From NCBI GenBank assembly GCA_043800345.1, contig JAZDNB010000009.1, forward strand, positions 27,340 through 91,339: a DNA stretch of 64,000 nt, written 5' to 3'. The notes beneath the pieces are model-generated. The model made no database searches and was not told the origin of the DNA. It saw only the letters and a list, made by a program, of their open reading frames with translations. A program made the translations under genes and the position numbers. Source of the DNA: Candidatus Omnitrophota bacterium (GTDB lineage: Bacteria; Omnitrophota; Gorgyraeia; VGKN01). Shown here piece after piece: positions 12,201 to 24,200 of the stretch (its first letter is position 1; each line of letters starts with the position of its first letter).

Positions 12201-15200
12201 ACCGTCTTAAACTGGATAACGAGGATACTGGGACTACCCGCCATAGTTATGGAAGAACTCATCTCCCATTATCTTATCGGTAATTTCTTTGCACGGGTAC
12301 ATCTCCAGAGCCCAACCTTGAGCTATGTAGGGGTAAACATCGATACAAGAGCACCTCCTCTGCGTCAAGCCATCGTAAAGCTCCTCGGACCTCTTTCTAA
12401 CATCATTCTCCTTAGCCTATCCGCATACCTCTTATCTTCTACCCATCTTTCCGGGCTCCTTAGCGTAATTACCGCCTGGTCTTTAGTTGCCTCAGTACTC
12501 AGCATCGTTGCCTCAGTGCGCGGCTACGCTACCTATAAGACAGGCGACCTCTATGAGGCGGCGCAGCTCTTAAAAGGGAAATACCCAAGACTTATTTCTT
12601 TCCTGGGAATTGAAGAAAGCCGCCTGCTTAGCACACTTTCTAAAATTTCTATTACGTGTGCAATAGCGGCAGTCGTTACCCTTTATTCATTCTTCCGTGT
12701 TAATATCTTCTCCTCTTATACGCGCCCTATAGTCGGAGCGGATGTTTTTATATCTTTCCTGGCCGTTGCTGCATGGTTAATGTGGGTCCGCGAAATCTTT
12801 AATACTATATTTAACAGGGCATTATACATCTTGCGTAAGGGAATTCCCGAACTTACCAGAAGATCTCTTGTTGTTCTTATTGCTACAGGCATTATTGTTA
12901 TGACAAGCGTACTGGCTCCTTTCACCCCGACACTTAACTCAGACACATCTTATATGGCTAGTACGAGTACCCCCCTGGTTCAAAAAAATAATTTTGCCCA
13001 GCTCCCCAGTCAGCGCCTTCCAATAATTCAGGTGACGCCGGAGCTATATCGTGCGCCCGCAGCGCAAGAAGCACTGAGACAGATCACAAAAGAAGAACAG
13101 ACGACCCTTAACGTTATTTTCTCCGAATATGTTGCCCTAAAGAATACGCTAAGAAATAACGGGATAACACAAGAAGAAATCAATGCGCAGGCCGCCCGTT
13201 TTCTTACATCTCAGCTTAGCGCCAGGTGCCCAAGGCTTTATCCTCTATACCGGGAATTTGAAAGACTGTGTACGCGCTATGGCGAAGAAGGGCGCGTTCT
13301 CTTAGCGCTTGGTGCCGGAAGGGATCCTATTTTTGCCCCCCTTATCTCATTTTTTTCCGGTTATCTCGGATTTGGAAAGTATATCAAAGGCGAAGTTCCT
13401 ACTCATGCGGCATTAGTCTCATTAACAGGAGAGGGTAGTCCCATCATGTATGAGATGATACCGGGAAAAGACGTACGCGCTACCTCATTGATCGAATTTT
13501 TCATGCGGTATCCAACCGCGCAGTTATATCTCTTCCCGAAGACCGATACGACGTTGTTTGACGAATTATCCGTTTATTTACAACAACAGGTGGGGGCTAA
13601 GTCAGCATTCGGATATTTCAGCTGGGTTAACGGAAGATTTTTCGGAGGTTATTGCAGTGAATTTATTTATTCAGTGCTTATCAAGATATTTGGAAGTCAT
13701 TTTTCCATAGCACTTCCCGCATATCCACCTACAAACGGATGGTTGTTTTTTAGTCCTTTTGTGATGGGCTCAAAGATCATCTCGCCTCTGCAGCTGGGAG
13801 GATTAACAATTGACGGTAAGCCGCTCCAGCTTATATTTGAAGGTCCCGGATTTAGCGAGACTGTTGCTGCTGCCTTAGTAAGAAATATAGGTAACCTATT
13901 TATATGGGCAGGAAATCGCCTCATCAATGTAGTTAACAATACTGTCAGTCCGGTCTTCCAGCAGGTCCTGTTGTTTGTAGCAACAGGCGTTATACCTTTA
14001 CTGGTATTAGCAAAGAGAAGATTATTTTCATCCCGCCCCGCGCAAGAAACAACAAATGAGGCAGAAGCCGAAGGGCTAACTCTTCGAGAAAAATTAGAAA
14101 TAATCAGCGGAGTCTCCTTCATAGAGATTTTAGTAATTAAACTTTTATCCAACTATGTCGCCATCCCCCTTGCAATAGCGATACCGCTTTTGGCTTCTTT
14201 CATTTTATATGCAGCAGTAAAAAGAATCCCTCTTGAAACACAGGAAGATGCGCGGGATATTGATAAACGCGATACTACCCAATCCGCCCTTGCCAATTTC
14301 TTCACCTACGCCCTGAAAGGTAAGTTTACCGTCTTAAACTGGATAACGAGGATAGTGGGACTACCCGCCATAGTGATAGAGGAGGTCATCTCCCACTATC
14401 TTATCGGTAATCTCTTCGCACGGGTACGTCTGCAGAGACCGACCTTAGGCTATGTAGGGGTAAGCATCGATACGAGGGCACCGCCAACAAGGCAAGCCAT
14501 CGTAAAGCTTCTCGGTCCTCTTTCTAACATCATCCTCCTTGGCCTCTCCGCATACCTCCTTGCCAATACCCAGCTCTCGGGGCTCTTGAGCGCTCTCACT
14601 ATCTGGGCAGTTATCTCTTCAGCGCTCAGCATCGTTGCCTCACTACGCGGCTACACTACCTATAAGACAGGTGACCTCTATGAGGCGGCGCAGCTACTTA
14701 GGAAGACCAAAAAGCAACTTGAGCTGTCAGCAGATGATGAAATAATGCTAGGTACCATGACTCACGGGTGGGGTACCGGCATAAGATGGATGGTAGAGAA
14801 AGAGTCGATACGAGACCTGTGGACAATATCCAAACAATTTGAATTCCAGTTTGGCAATCTAAAAAAACGTTTTCTAAAAACCGAACATGCAAAACTATCT
14901 CCCTATGAACAGAAAATTTTCGATAAATTGGGAGAGCTCTACGTAGCGCTTACCGCATATAAACCTTCTTCGGTAACAATAGGAAAAGCGCTGGAAGGAA
15001 TTCTCAGCGAAGCAAGACGTCAGGAAGGAATTGACATTGCCGAACTCGGGGCTGCCCTAACAGAACTAGAGCAACGTTACGCAAATATTGAGAATGAATT
15101 TAAGCAACAGAAAACCCATGAAGAAATCGCCGCTAACCTCAAACAGGCAATGGCAGCGGCGCTACGTGCTATGATGCCCGGAACCCTGCAAGAAGAAATC

Positions 15201-18200
15201 ACAAGCCATCCTTTCTGGGGCAGGGCAATAGGATTTATGGTAGAGCATTATATTCCCGTAAGAGATCCTCGATATGTGGGCAGGCCCATCCAGGAACTTT
15301 ACCTCATCCTTCAGGAAACCATTAACACGTTATTTACCGAATACCATTACAAACAAGACGGACAGTATGAAGATAGCTATAAAGAAGTCAAGGCAAGAGC
15401 CAGAGAAAACGCTCTGCTTGCAGTAGGGATTATCCGTCCGATACTGAATGAAGTTTTTCAAAACGGCCCTCAAGTGGTTATCGGCGAAGATGAAAATCTG
15501 CGGCGTATCGTTACAAGTTTAGAAAATCAAAAACGGCATCTTACAGAACTTGACTATCAGGAATATATCGCACTTGCGCCTGAAGAAAGAAAATCAAGGG
15601 AGCCGGTTATCACCCGCATGGTCGAAGAAGAACGCAGCAAAAAAATGCATTGGCTTGCGTGGCCTGGACAGAATGAGTTCATCCATGAATTATTTATGGT
15701 GCGTGCTGAAGTATTAATCGGCGAAGATGCAAATTTGCACCACAGGTTTGCAAACTTAATAAGACAGAAACGGCGTCTTGCAGAACTTGCCTATCAGGAA
15801 TATATCGCACTTGCGCCTGAAGAAAGAAAATCAAGGGAGCCGGTTATCACCCGTATGGTCGAAGAAGAACGTAGCAGAAAAATACTTTGGTTTGCCTGGC
15901 CGGGACAGAATAAATTTATCCATGAATTATTTATGCTGCGCGCCGAACTGGAGACAGTGTATCTGTTAGCAATTGCCGGCAATACGATGGATTTTGGAGA
16001 CCAAAAGTTTGTCGCGCGCATTGAACAGGCACAGAAAGAAGGAAAAAGCAGTTTTGACTTTCTGCTTGAAGATGTGGTGAAGATATTTGAAGACGGCCTG
16101 AGTGCTCCTCATAACGTGGATGAAATGTTGGCAGATTTAGTAAAAGGAAGAAACCTCTTAGGAGCCAGACAAAAAAGAATGGGTGACGATTTTTCAGATG
16201 AATATCGTCCGAAGATTACCGTCCTATACGATAATGCGGGAGAGGATATACTGGAATTACTGCACGTTGAATTTTTATTACGATTAGGATTTAACGTGAA
16301 TATGGCAGGAAGGGCACTTCCCGTAATAAACGATGCTACGGCCGATGAATTACGAGATATAGTTACCTGTGTATCATTCCCCGACTATATGGACCGCGTG
16401 GACAAGGCCCGGAAAGCGCTGGGGATTAAAAATGACGCTGCCTGGCGCCAGCTTACACGGCTCAGAGGCGACTTCAACGTGAATTTTAGGATAAGACAAA
16501 GATGTAAGGCATTATCAAGCGGCTCTCGTCTCTACGGAACCGTTCCTGCGCAAATGAGCGAGGAATGCAAAAAAGAAATAGCAGAGTCCTTTATGGTTAT
16601 CGGTTTTGGCCAGGGGAATTTTGAAAGCGTATGGCCGGTATTATGGACACGGCCGTTTTATCATGTCCTGATGCTTAAGACCGCGGCACGGCTTGGAAAG
16701 ACGTTTTCCGACCATTTTAAGGATATGAGCAGGATTATCCTCTGCAATCCGGCGACAAACCGCGAAGAAGAAGAAAAGGCGGAGCAACAGCTGGCGGTAT
16801 CGGCAGGAGGTCTGAAGGCGTTAAATGCCGACGATCCAAGAGTTATAGCCGTGCTTAACGCAATGCGTGCCCACTTCGGAGAAAGGCTTCCAAGCTCGTT
16901 ATCCAATATATTTATCAGGGTCGAAAATTTTATTCCCGGCGGTGTAGTTGGCGAGACGCAGATAGCTATGGCGGCAGAGCGGGCAGTAAAGAAGATGTTC
17001 GGCAAAAACGTGCTTATCGGCCCTGACGAAGAGCAGCTTAGGCTCTTAGGGCAGGCGGGCAATGAAGATATGTGGTTTGTGGTGCTGAGCGGTAAGTACT
17101 TATATATAGGAGATAATACCCACATAGGACCGAATTCCATAGTGGATAATAGCCGGCTTGGCGCTAATTGTCTCGTGGTAGATTCAATGCTGGATAATAC
17201 CTCGCTAAGCGCCGGTACGACCGCAAGGCGTTTAATAAACCGCAGGGGGATTTTATCAAGAGGCCTGAAACTTGAAGATTATGGGGAGATTATGGAGCAT
17301 GGCAGCATTGAGCCGCTCTCGGCAAGAAAGGTGTTTCTGCGCGAGTTACGCAAAAAAGGAGTTACGATAATTGCCCCCTGGCTTACCTATATTGATTCCT
17401 CTGTCACCGCAGATCAGATAGAAGAAGGCGTAGTGCTGCTTCCCGGCGTAGTTATCAGGCAGGATGATGAGGCCAAAGGAAGCGTCCGCATAGGAAAGGG
17501 ATGCGTTCTTGGTTTGGGCGCAAAGATAACAAATACCGTTATAGAATCTTCCGTAGAAAGGCCTACCGAGGTTATTTCCTCATCATTAATGGATTGCCAT
17601 GTTGGAAGCGGTATTAAGATGACATTGGAAGAGCTAGAAAGAGAATCGATCGTTTCCGGCACTTTAAAACCACAGGAAGAACAATTACCGGTCGGATTAT
17701 TATTTGATGAACAGGGTAGCATAACAGGAAGACGTTACAGGATCAACCCACATTCTGTTTTAGAGACAGTATCTAACGAGGAGTATTACCGCCTAAGCCA
17801 AGCCGCCATGAAGGAATATCGGCAGGACTTAAGAAAAAGGCTTGCCGATAGCAGGGAAAAGGCTGAGGAGCTCGCCAAAGAAAAGGGAAGGCCTGTGACA
17901 GCGCGTAAGAGGAATAATGTAACACGATCAATAGAGTTTGTATTATCGCTTGCGCATCTGCCTCAGATATTGGCAGAGCGGTACGTATATGATTGTTTGT
18001 CAAAGACTACAGCCGTTTCTCCCTTGCAAAGGAGCAAGGAAAGGTATAACCGGGCGGCTTTTTGCGAACATCCCTTTGCAGATGATAATGAGACCACATA
18101 CTATTCATTCTTAAGAAGAGAACTCTATAAGATACCGGATGAATCAAAACGTCTTATATGCGCCTTAAAACTTGTTGCATTGGGTAATTACTTTGACCGG

Positions 18201-21200
18201 GATGAGGTATTAAGGAGCGATGGAAAGTTTGCCCATCTGGTACGCCTTATCAGAGAAGATGGGCTCGAGAAGGCATTAGATGATGAGGATATCAGACGTT
18301 ACTTCAGCGCGACATTTGAAGACTCGCAACAGTTTGTTGACGATTTACTAGCTTCTCAAAAGGGGATAAGGACGATAGATGCAAGGGGCAAGGGAACGGT
18401 TCTTCTGAGCGCAAATGACTGCGGTCTAGAAGCGGCTATGCATATGATTCTTGCAGAAGCGCTGACCGATTGCAACTTTAAAGTCGTTATCACGGCAAAT
18501 AACAGTCCTATGGGGCATGATTTAGACGTACGAGACGTCCATGACTTATTCGGTAAAGACAAAAGCGCGGTAGTAAGGGTTTATGGAAAAGAACAATTGG
18601 TGAGCGAAGAATTGGTGCGCTGTTTCAACGAAGGAAGGGTGAGGGTTATTTCAGACGGTTCCGGCACCCGCGGTATCAATCCTGTCGATGTGAGTAGTGA
18701 TTTATACGATGTTATAATGAATCAGGAAGACGCATTGGCATGGATATTGACAGGCGGTTCAAACCTGTCGAATGTTCTTCCGGTGGGACGTGAAATTCCG
18801 CAGCCGAAACTTTACCTTGCTAACAATGACCGTAAAGTACAGATTGTTGTCGGCAAGGCAAATATGAATGTTGAAGAAGAAAGGGCCCTTATCTATTATC
18901 AGCCATATAAGAAAATCTTAAAAATGGAGAGGGATCTTGAAGAACAGTGGAGCGAAATTAGCGACGAATTAATGATTCAGCCCTCGTTTATGGTATGGAC
19001 GAGAGAATGGCACGATGAGAGAAAAGTGCCCCAATTTGCAAAAAATGCTACCTCTAAGATAAAGGAAGCGTTGAGATTTCTTGAAACAAAAGATGAATCG
19101 CTGATCCGCCGAGCACGGTTGCTTGAAGTTGAACTGGTAGAATCGGGCCCGCATATAAAAACTAGATTCCGCAGTAGTTTTGATAAGGTATTTTTTGTCA
19201 ATCCTAAGACCGGCACCGTCTATATAGACAAGAAATTTTTTGAATCCGTTATTGTAAGAAAAGACAGCGAGCTTATCCTGGCTACTATTTTAGGCAAAGC
19301 CGCTACTATGGTGCAATCCCTGGAGACCTATGAAAGGGAAAATCACATAATTTCAAAAGAAGCGATTAGCAGTTGCAACAGGCTGAGCGAGACAACGGGA
19401 AAAATGATCTATCTGGAATTTGATAATGTAGTCGATGATTTCTTGGCAACCGAAGAAACGAAAGCGGCAAGAAGCAGAACGGAGCGGTTTATTAATATAT
19501 TACCCGCCCGCATAAGGCCGGCAATATCAAGGAGTTTGGAGCAAATAAATACCCTGTTGCTTAAGGCCCTGGACGGGATTCACAAACGGCTCTGCGAGAT
19601 AGTGTTTAACCAAGCGCATCTCTCAAGATTGACAAATGACCTTGAGTTGGTTGCCGATGCGATTAAAGTAAAAGATCTGCGTAACAAGCGCATAAAAAAT
19701 ATCCTTAATGGTCTCGGCGGCTCGTTTGTGCGTTTTAGCACTCTTCGTATGATATATAGGGTTTTGATGTTTGGTAATTATCTTACCTATCGCGGCATAG
19801 GCAGAAACGGAGAGGTAAGAAGCGTAGCGCTTAACCATATAAGCAGCCATGGCGTTTACAATTTCTTACGGGTCATCGATGATTTTCAGAGGGGCAGAAA
19901 CGTTAATTTGGGAGAGCTTAGTGTATATGTCCAAAATTACTCAGAATTATTAAAAGATATCCGCAGCCACCTTGAGTATTTACAAACCGTACATAAACGC
20001 TTAGCGGCTATACCATCCGTAGAATACAGAAACGGTATTCATATAACCTATGAACGTTGGGCAGGAGGAAGTATTTATGAATTTGTCATCAATAACGAAA
20101 ATATATCCATAGGGGAAGTCGTAAAAGTCATAGAAGAAATCGCCTCAGAACAGTCGCATGAGCCCCGGACTCTGGAACCCGTAGGCGTGGTGAGAGAAAT
20201 GCCGACATTCAGGTTGCTTGGCAGGCCCGGCGTAATCGGCGGCTTCTTTAGAGTTCGTGGAGGAAAAATAGATGCAGGGATACAGCAGGTTATACTTAGT
20301 CAGCAGTCAGAGCGTCGCACAAAAGCCCAGGCGTATTTCCCAAAAAGAGAGGTTACCTACGGATATATTGCCCCTGAGGCATTGCATCCTCTTGCGGCTA
20401 CATTTATACAGATGAGAGAATTTTCTGATGACGCTGAGGGGTACAACGAGGCAGAGGATTTTGTAAACGCAATTACAAAAGCAAAAACCCCGAAGGATAT
20501 TCTCTATGCAGCATTTTTCCAGGCAATGACGCCTCACAAACCAAGGGAATTTTCACATAAAAAAACGAAATATATCTTGGACCTTGACCTTATTGAAATC
20601 TTAGGCGAGGTCTTATTCATTCTTGGGCAGTTCAAGGAAAGCGATTTTCCTGAAGGCAGTTACCTATATTGGCATGAGGCTATGAGGGCGCTGAAGGCCT
20701 CAATGCTTTCTCAGGAGGTTGCCTCGCACCAGGTGAGGTTAGATCCAATGGTGAAAGAAGTCGTTATAGATTTATTTAGCAAAATTAAAAAAGCAAACCT
20801 TCATAACCATCTTAGCGGATCGGTACGGCCTGAGCTACTGCTCATTACCCTCTTAAAAAGCTATAAGGCGCGCGAGAGATTTGTAGAAGTGATAGTTGTA
20901 AACGACGAGCAGGTCTACCGCAATAAAAGGAAATATAAGACATTGCAGGAGGCATACGAAGAAGACAAAACTCAGGATCCCCGCATAGAGGCGCTGAGTT
21001 TTAATGAATGGGTTGACCTTAAATTCCGCAGGGCATTTGAACTTCCTTCCGATTCAATGAAGATATTAAGTTCATTCATTTCGCAATATTCTGATACCTA
21101 CGGTTTTGACTGTCTCAGAGAGCTTGATATAAGAGAGCTTCTTAAGTCAGAGCCCGTACTTGTAGAACAATGGCAAAACGCAGTGCGCCATATGTGGTCT

Positions 21201-24200
21201 TTTATAGAGTATAAACCTTTTGAGGCGAGAAATGAAATTGACCTCATGGGATATTTTTATAAGCTTGAGCCTGTCTATTGCGTGCTTAAGAGCGACATCG
21301 GAAACGAGGCCACCCGTCTCTTTGTAAAAGATTTAGCCATAGACCTTTTTACCAAAGACGGGGTTAGAGTTTTTGAGCTTATGACCGCAGGTTCCTCCCA
21401 GACCGCGGTTATGGAAACGGGCGGTGTTATACGTCAAAAAAGCAGAGAAGCTATAGCCATAGAACTTGAAAATAAACTTGTCCCTACGCTTGAAGGATTA
21501 ATAGAGGCGGAAAAAGAACTTAACGGAAAGCTTGCCACGGGACTGCAGGTTCTTTTGCTCAAGGAGGACTATAGAAATTTGGGTGTTGAAAAAATGCGAA
21601 TAGAACAAGAAGCGCTCAGTCGTGCCGGAGATTTAAGCGGCGAAGATATTATTAAATATATATTAGGCCCATACAGACAGAGAACAGGCGTGACTAATGA
21701 AGATTTAGAACTTACTCTGGGAACAAGGGTTTTTAACAGAATGAGGAATGCCATGGGGACCGGAGGGGTGACCAGGCAGATAGCCGATGAAATAGGGCCA
21801 GAGGCACTCCAGAGGATATATGTACGTCTTGAAGTCCTGGCAAGGGTTCAGGAGGTTATCGACGCCCAGGTTGACGGTATTATTGCATTAAAAGAAAGAT
21901 GGCAGACTGAAAAGCCGGAATATGCCCAGCGTTTAGTATCTATTGGTACTGCGGGAGAGGAAATTGATTTTGTCTCTTGGACCCACAGAAGGGCGCTGCG
22001 CAAAGCCTCTCAATATGGTTTTAAAATTACCGCGCATGCTGGTGAAGAAATAAGAGATCCGATTGCGTCGGTGGAAAGGGTTAAGTATGTTGCCAAATCC
22101 GTGGATGACGGCGGCTATCAGGCAAACAGGGTTGACCATGCCACTATTATTTCGGTCCATCCGGAAAGACTGCAGGGTTTCCGTTCTCCCAGAGAGCTAT
22201 TTGAGTTGCGCCAAAAACAAATAGAAGCTACCCAGCTTTTGGTGCAGATGGGGGTTCCCGTTACCAAATGCCTGGTAAGTAACCGTTGGATAAGCAAAGT
22301 ACTCCTGGGGGATGATGAGATGCAAATACACTTTTTGTTAAAGATTATGCCTTCCTTGATTGTCCTCTCCCCGGACAACCGCCAAGTATTCGGCAGGGTT
22401 GATGGTGTATCGGAAGAGCTAATCCGCGCCGATACCTCTCCGACGCTTGAAGAGTTATGGGAGTATAATTGCAATATTCGCTACGGAGAATTGTTGACTA
22501 TTGTCGATAATGGTTTTCGGTCTACATTTGTCCAGCCGGAACGGGTGCAAAGCGTATTAGCTTCTGAGCCCGAAGAAACGTCCCGGCTAGCCGCTACCTC
22601 CGGTGCCGAAGAAGAAGCCATAGGCCCAGAGGAAGGGTTTACCGCGAAATCCCTTATAAGCATGTTTATCGGCATTGGCTTAGGCGCACTGCTTGGTATA
22701 GCCTTCCACAGCGTGCTTGCCGGCGGTATTGTCGGTTTTATTTTCTTTAGCCAGATACTTTCAATAATTATAGCGACTTCAAGGTTGAAACATCCGGTTC
22801 TTATAGAGGATGGTAACGTAAAAGCACTCAAAGAAAGACCTGCGCTTTCCAATTTCTTTAAGCTCGCAGGACATACCGCCGATACCGTATATATTAACCC
22901 TTACCTTCCGGAATTCTTCCAGAGATGGTACCTGTTCCACGAGCAGAATGAACAATTGCTGGAAAAAAGACTGCCCAAGCCCATTACGGAACTCATCGCA
23001 ACCGCCTTAGATGTCAGCTATATTCCTATCTCCGTAGGTAGTCTTATGCTTCAGAAGGCAAAGAGTATCCAGGCAAGAATACCCTCCGGTATTTTTGTAT
23101 GGAAAAAAACGGAAGCGTTTCCTTCCGTCCCAGTATCGTCAGGTCTTGATGAGCAGGTATTTGTAAGCGAAGCATCAAGGAGGGAAATCGTCTTTTTTGG
23201 CTCAGGATACATAGGTTTAGTTGCCGCCGCCTGTCTTGCGGATAAGGGGCACAACGTGACGCTTATCGATGTCAACGAAGATACGATTAGCAAATTGCAA
23301 AAAGGCGAGATCCATATTTATGAGCCCGGGCTTAAAGACCTAATAGCAAGAAATAAAGAACGGTTACACTTTGTGTTAAATAGAGCGGGTACCGATACCC
23401 CCGAAGCAGTAGCTGCCACAGAGAGAGCCGATATTATTTATACCTGTGTCGGAACGCCCCAGTCCGACGACGGTTCGGCAAATCTGACATACGTGAAAGA
23501 AGTCGCTACTACGCTTGGAAAGGTCCTTAAAAACGTCTCACGCGATAAGATAATCATCATGAAGTCCACGGTTCCCATAGGGACAACGGAAGGCGAGAAT
23601 TTCGGGGAGGTTATCTATTCCATTGTAGATGAACAATCGCGGAAGTTTATCCATCTTGTAGATAATCCTGAATTTACACGGGAAGGCCAGGCGGTTTCTG
23701 ATTTTATGAAACCGGATAGAACCGTGATAGGAATAAAAGAAGCCGATGCATATGCGCAAGCAGAGATGCGCCTTTTTTATTCGGCTTTCGAAGGCAAAGG
23801 ATACGGAGAATTCCTGCTCACCGACGTGCGGAGCGCAGAACTTATAAAATACGGTTCAAACGGTTTTCTCGCCCTCAAAATTTCATTTATCAACGAACTT
23901 TCTATTCTTGCCGAAAGGTTCGGATTCGATATAAAGATAATAGCCGATCATATCGGAAAAGACCGTCGCATCGGCAGGGCATTCTTAAATGCCTCCCTGG
24001 GTTTCGGCGGTTCGTGTTTCCCGAAAGATGTCCAGGCATTCTGCCATACCGTTGAGATGGCGGGGGTAAGCGATGAAATACCGCATCAGGTAATAGATGT
24101 AAACGAACGACAGAAGAAACGGTTTGTAAAAAGAATCGCCGATTCCTTAAGGAAAGTTGGCGCGCAGGGTCCGGTGACTGTTTCTGTCTGGGGGCTCGCG

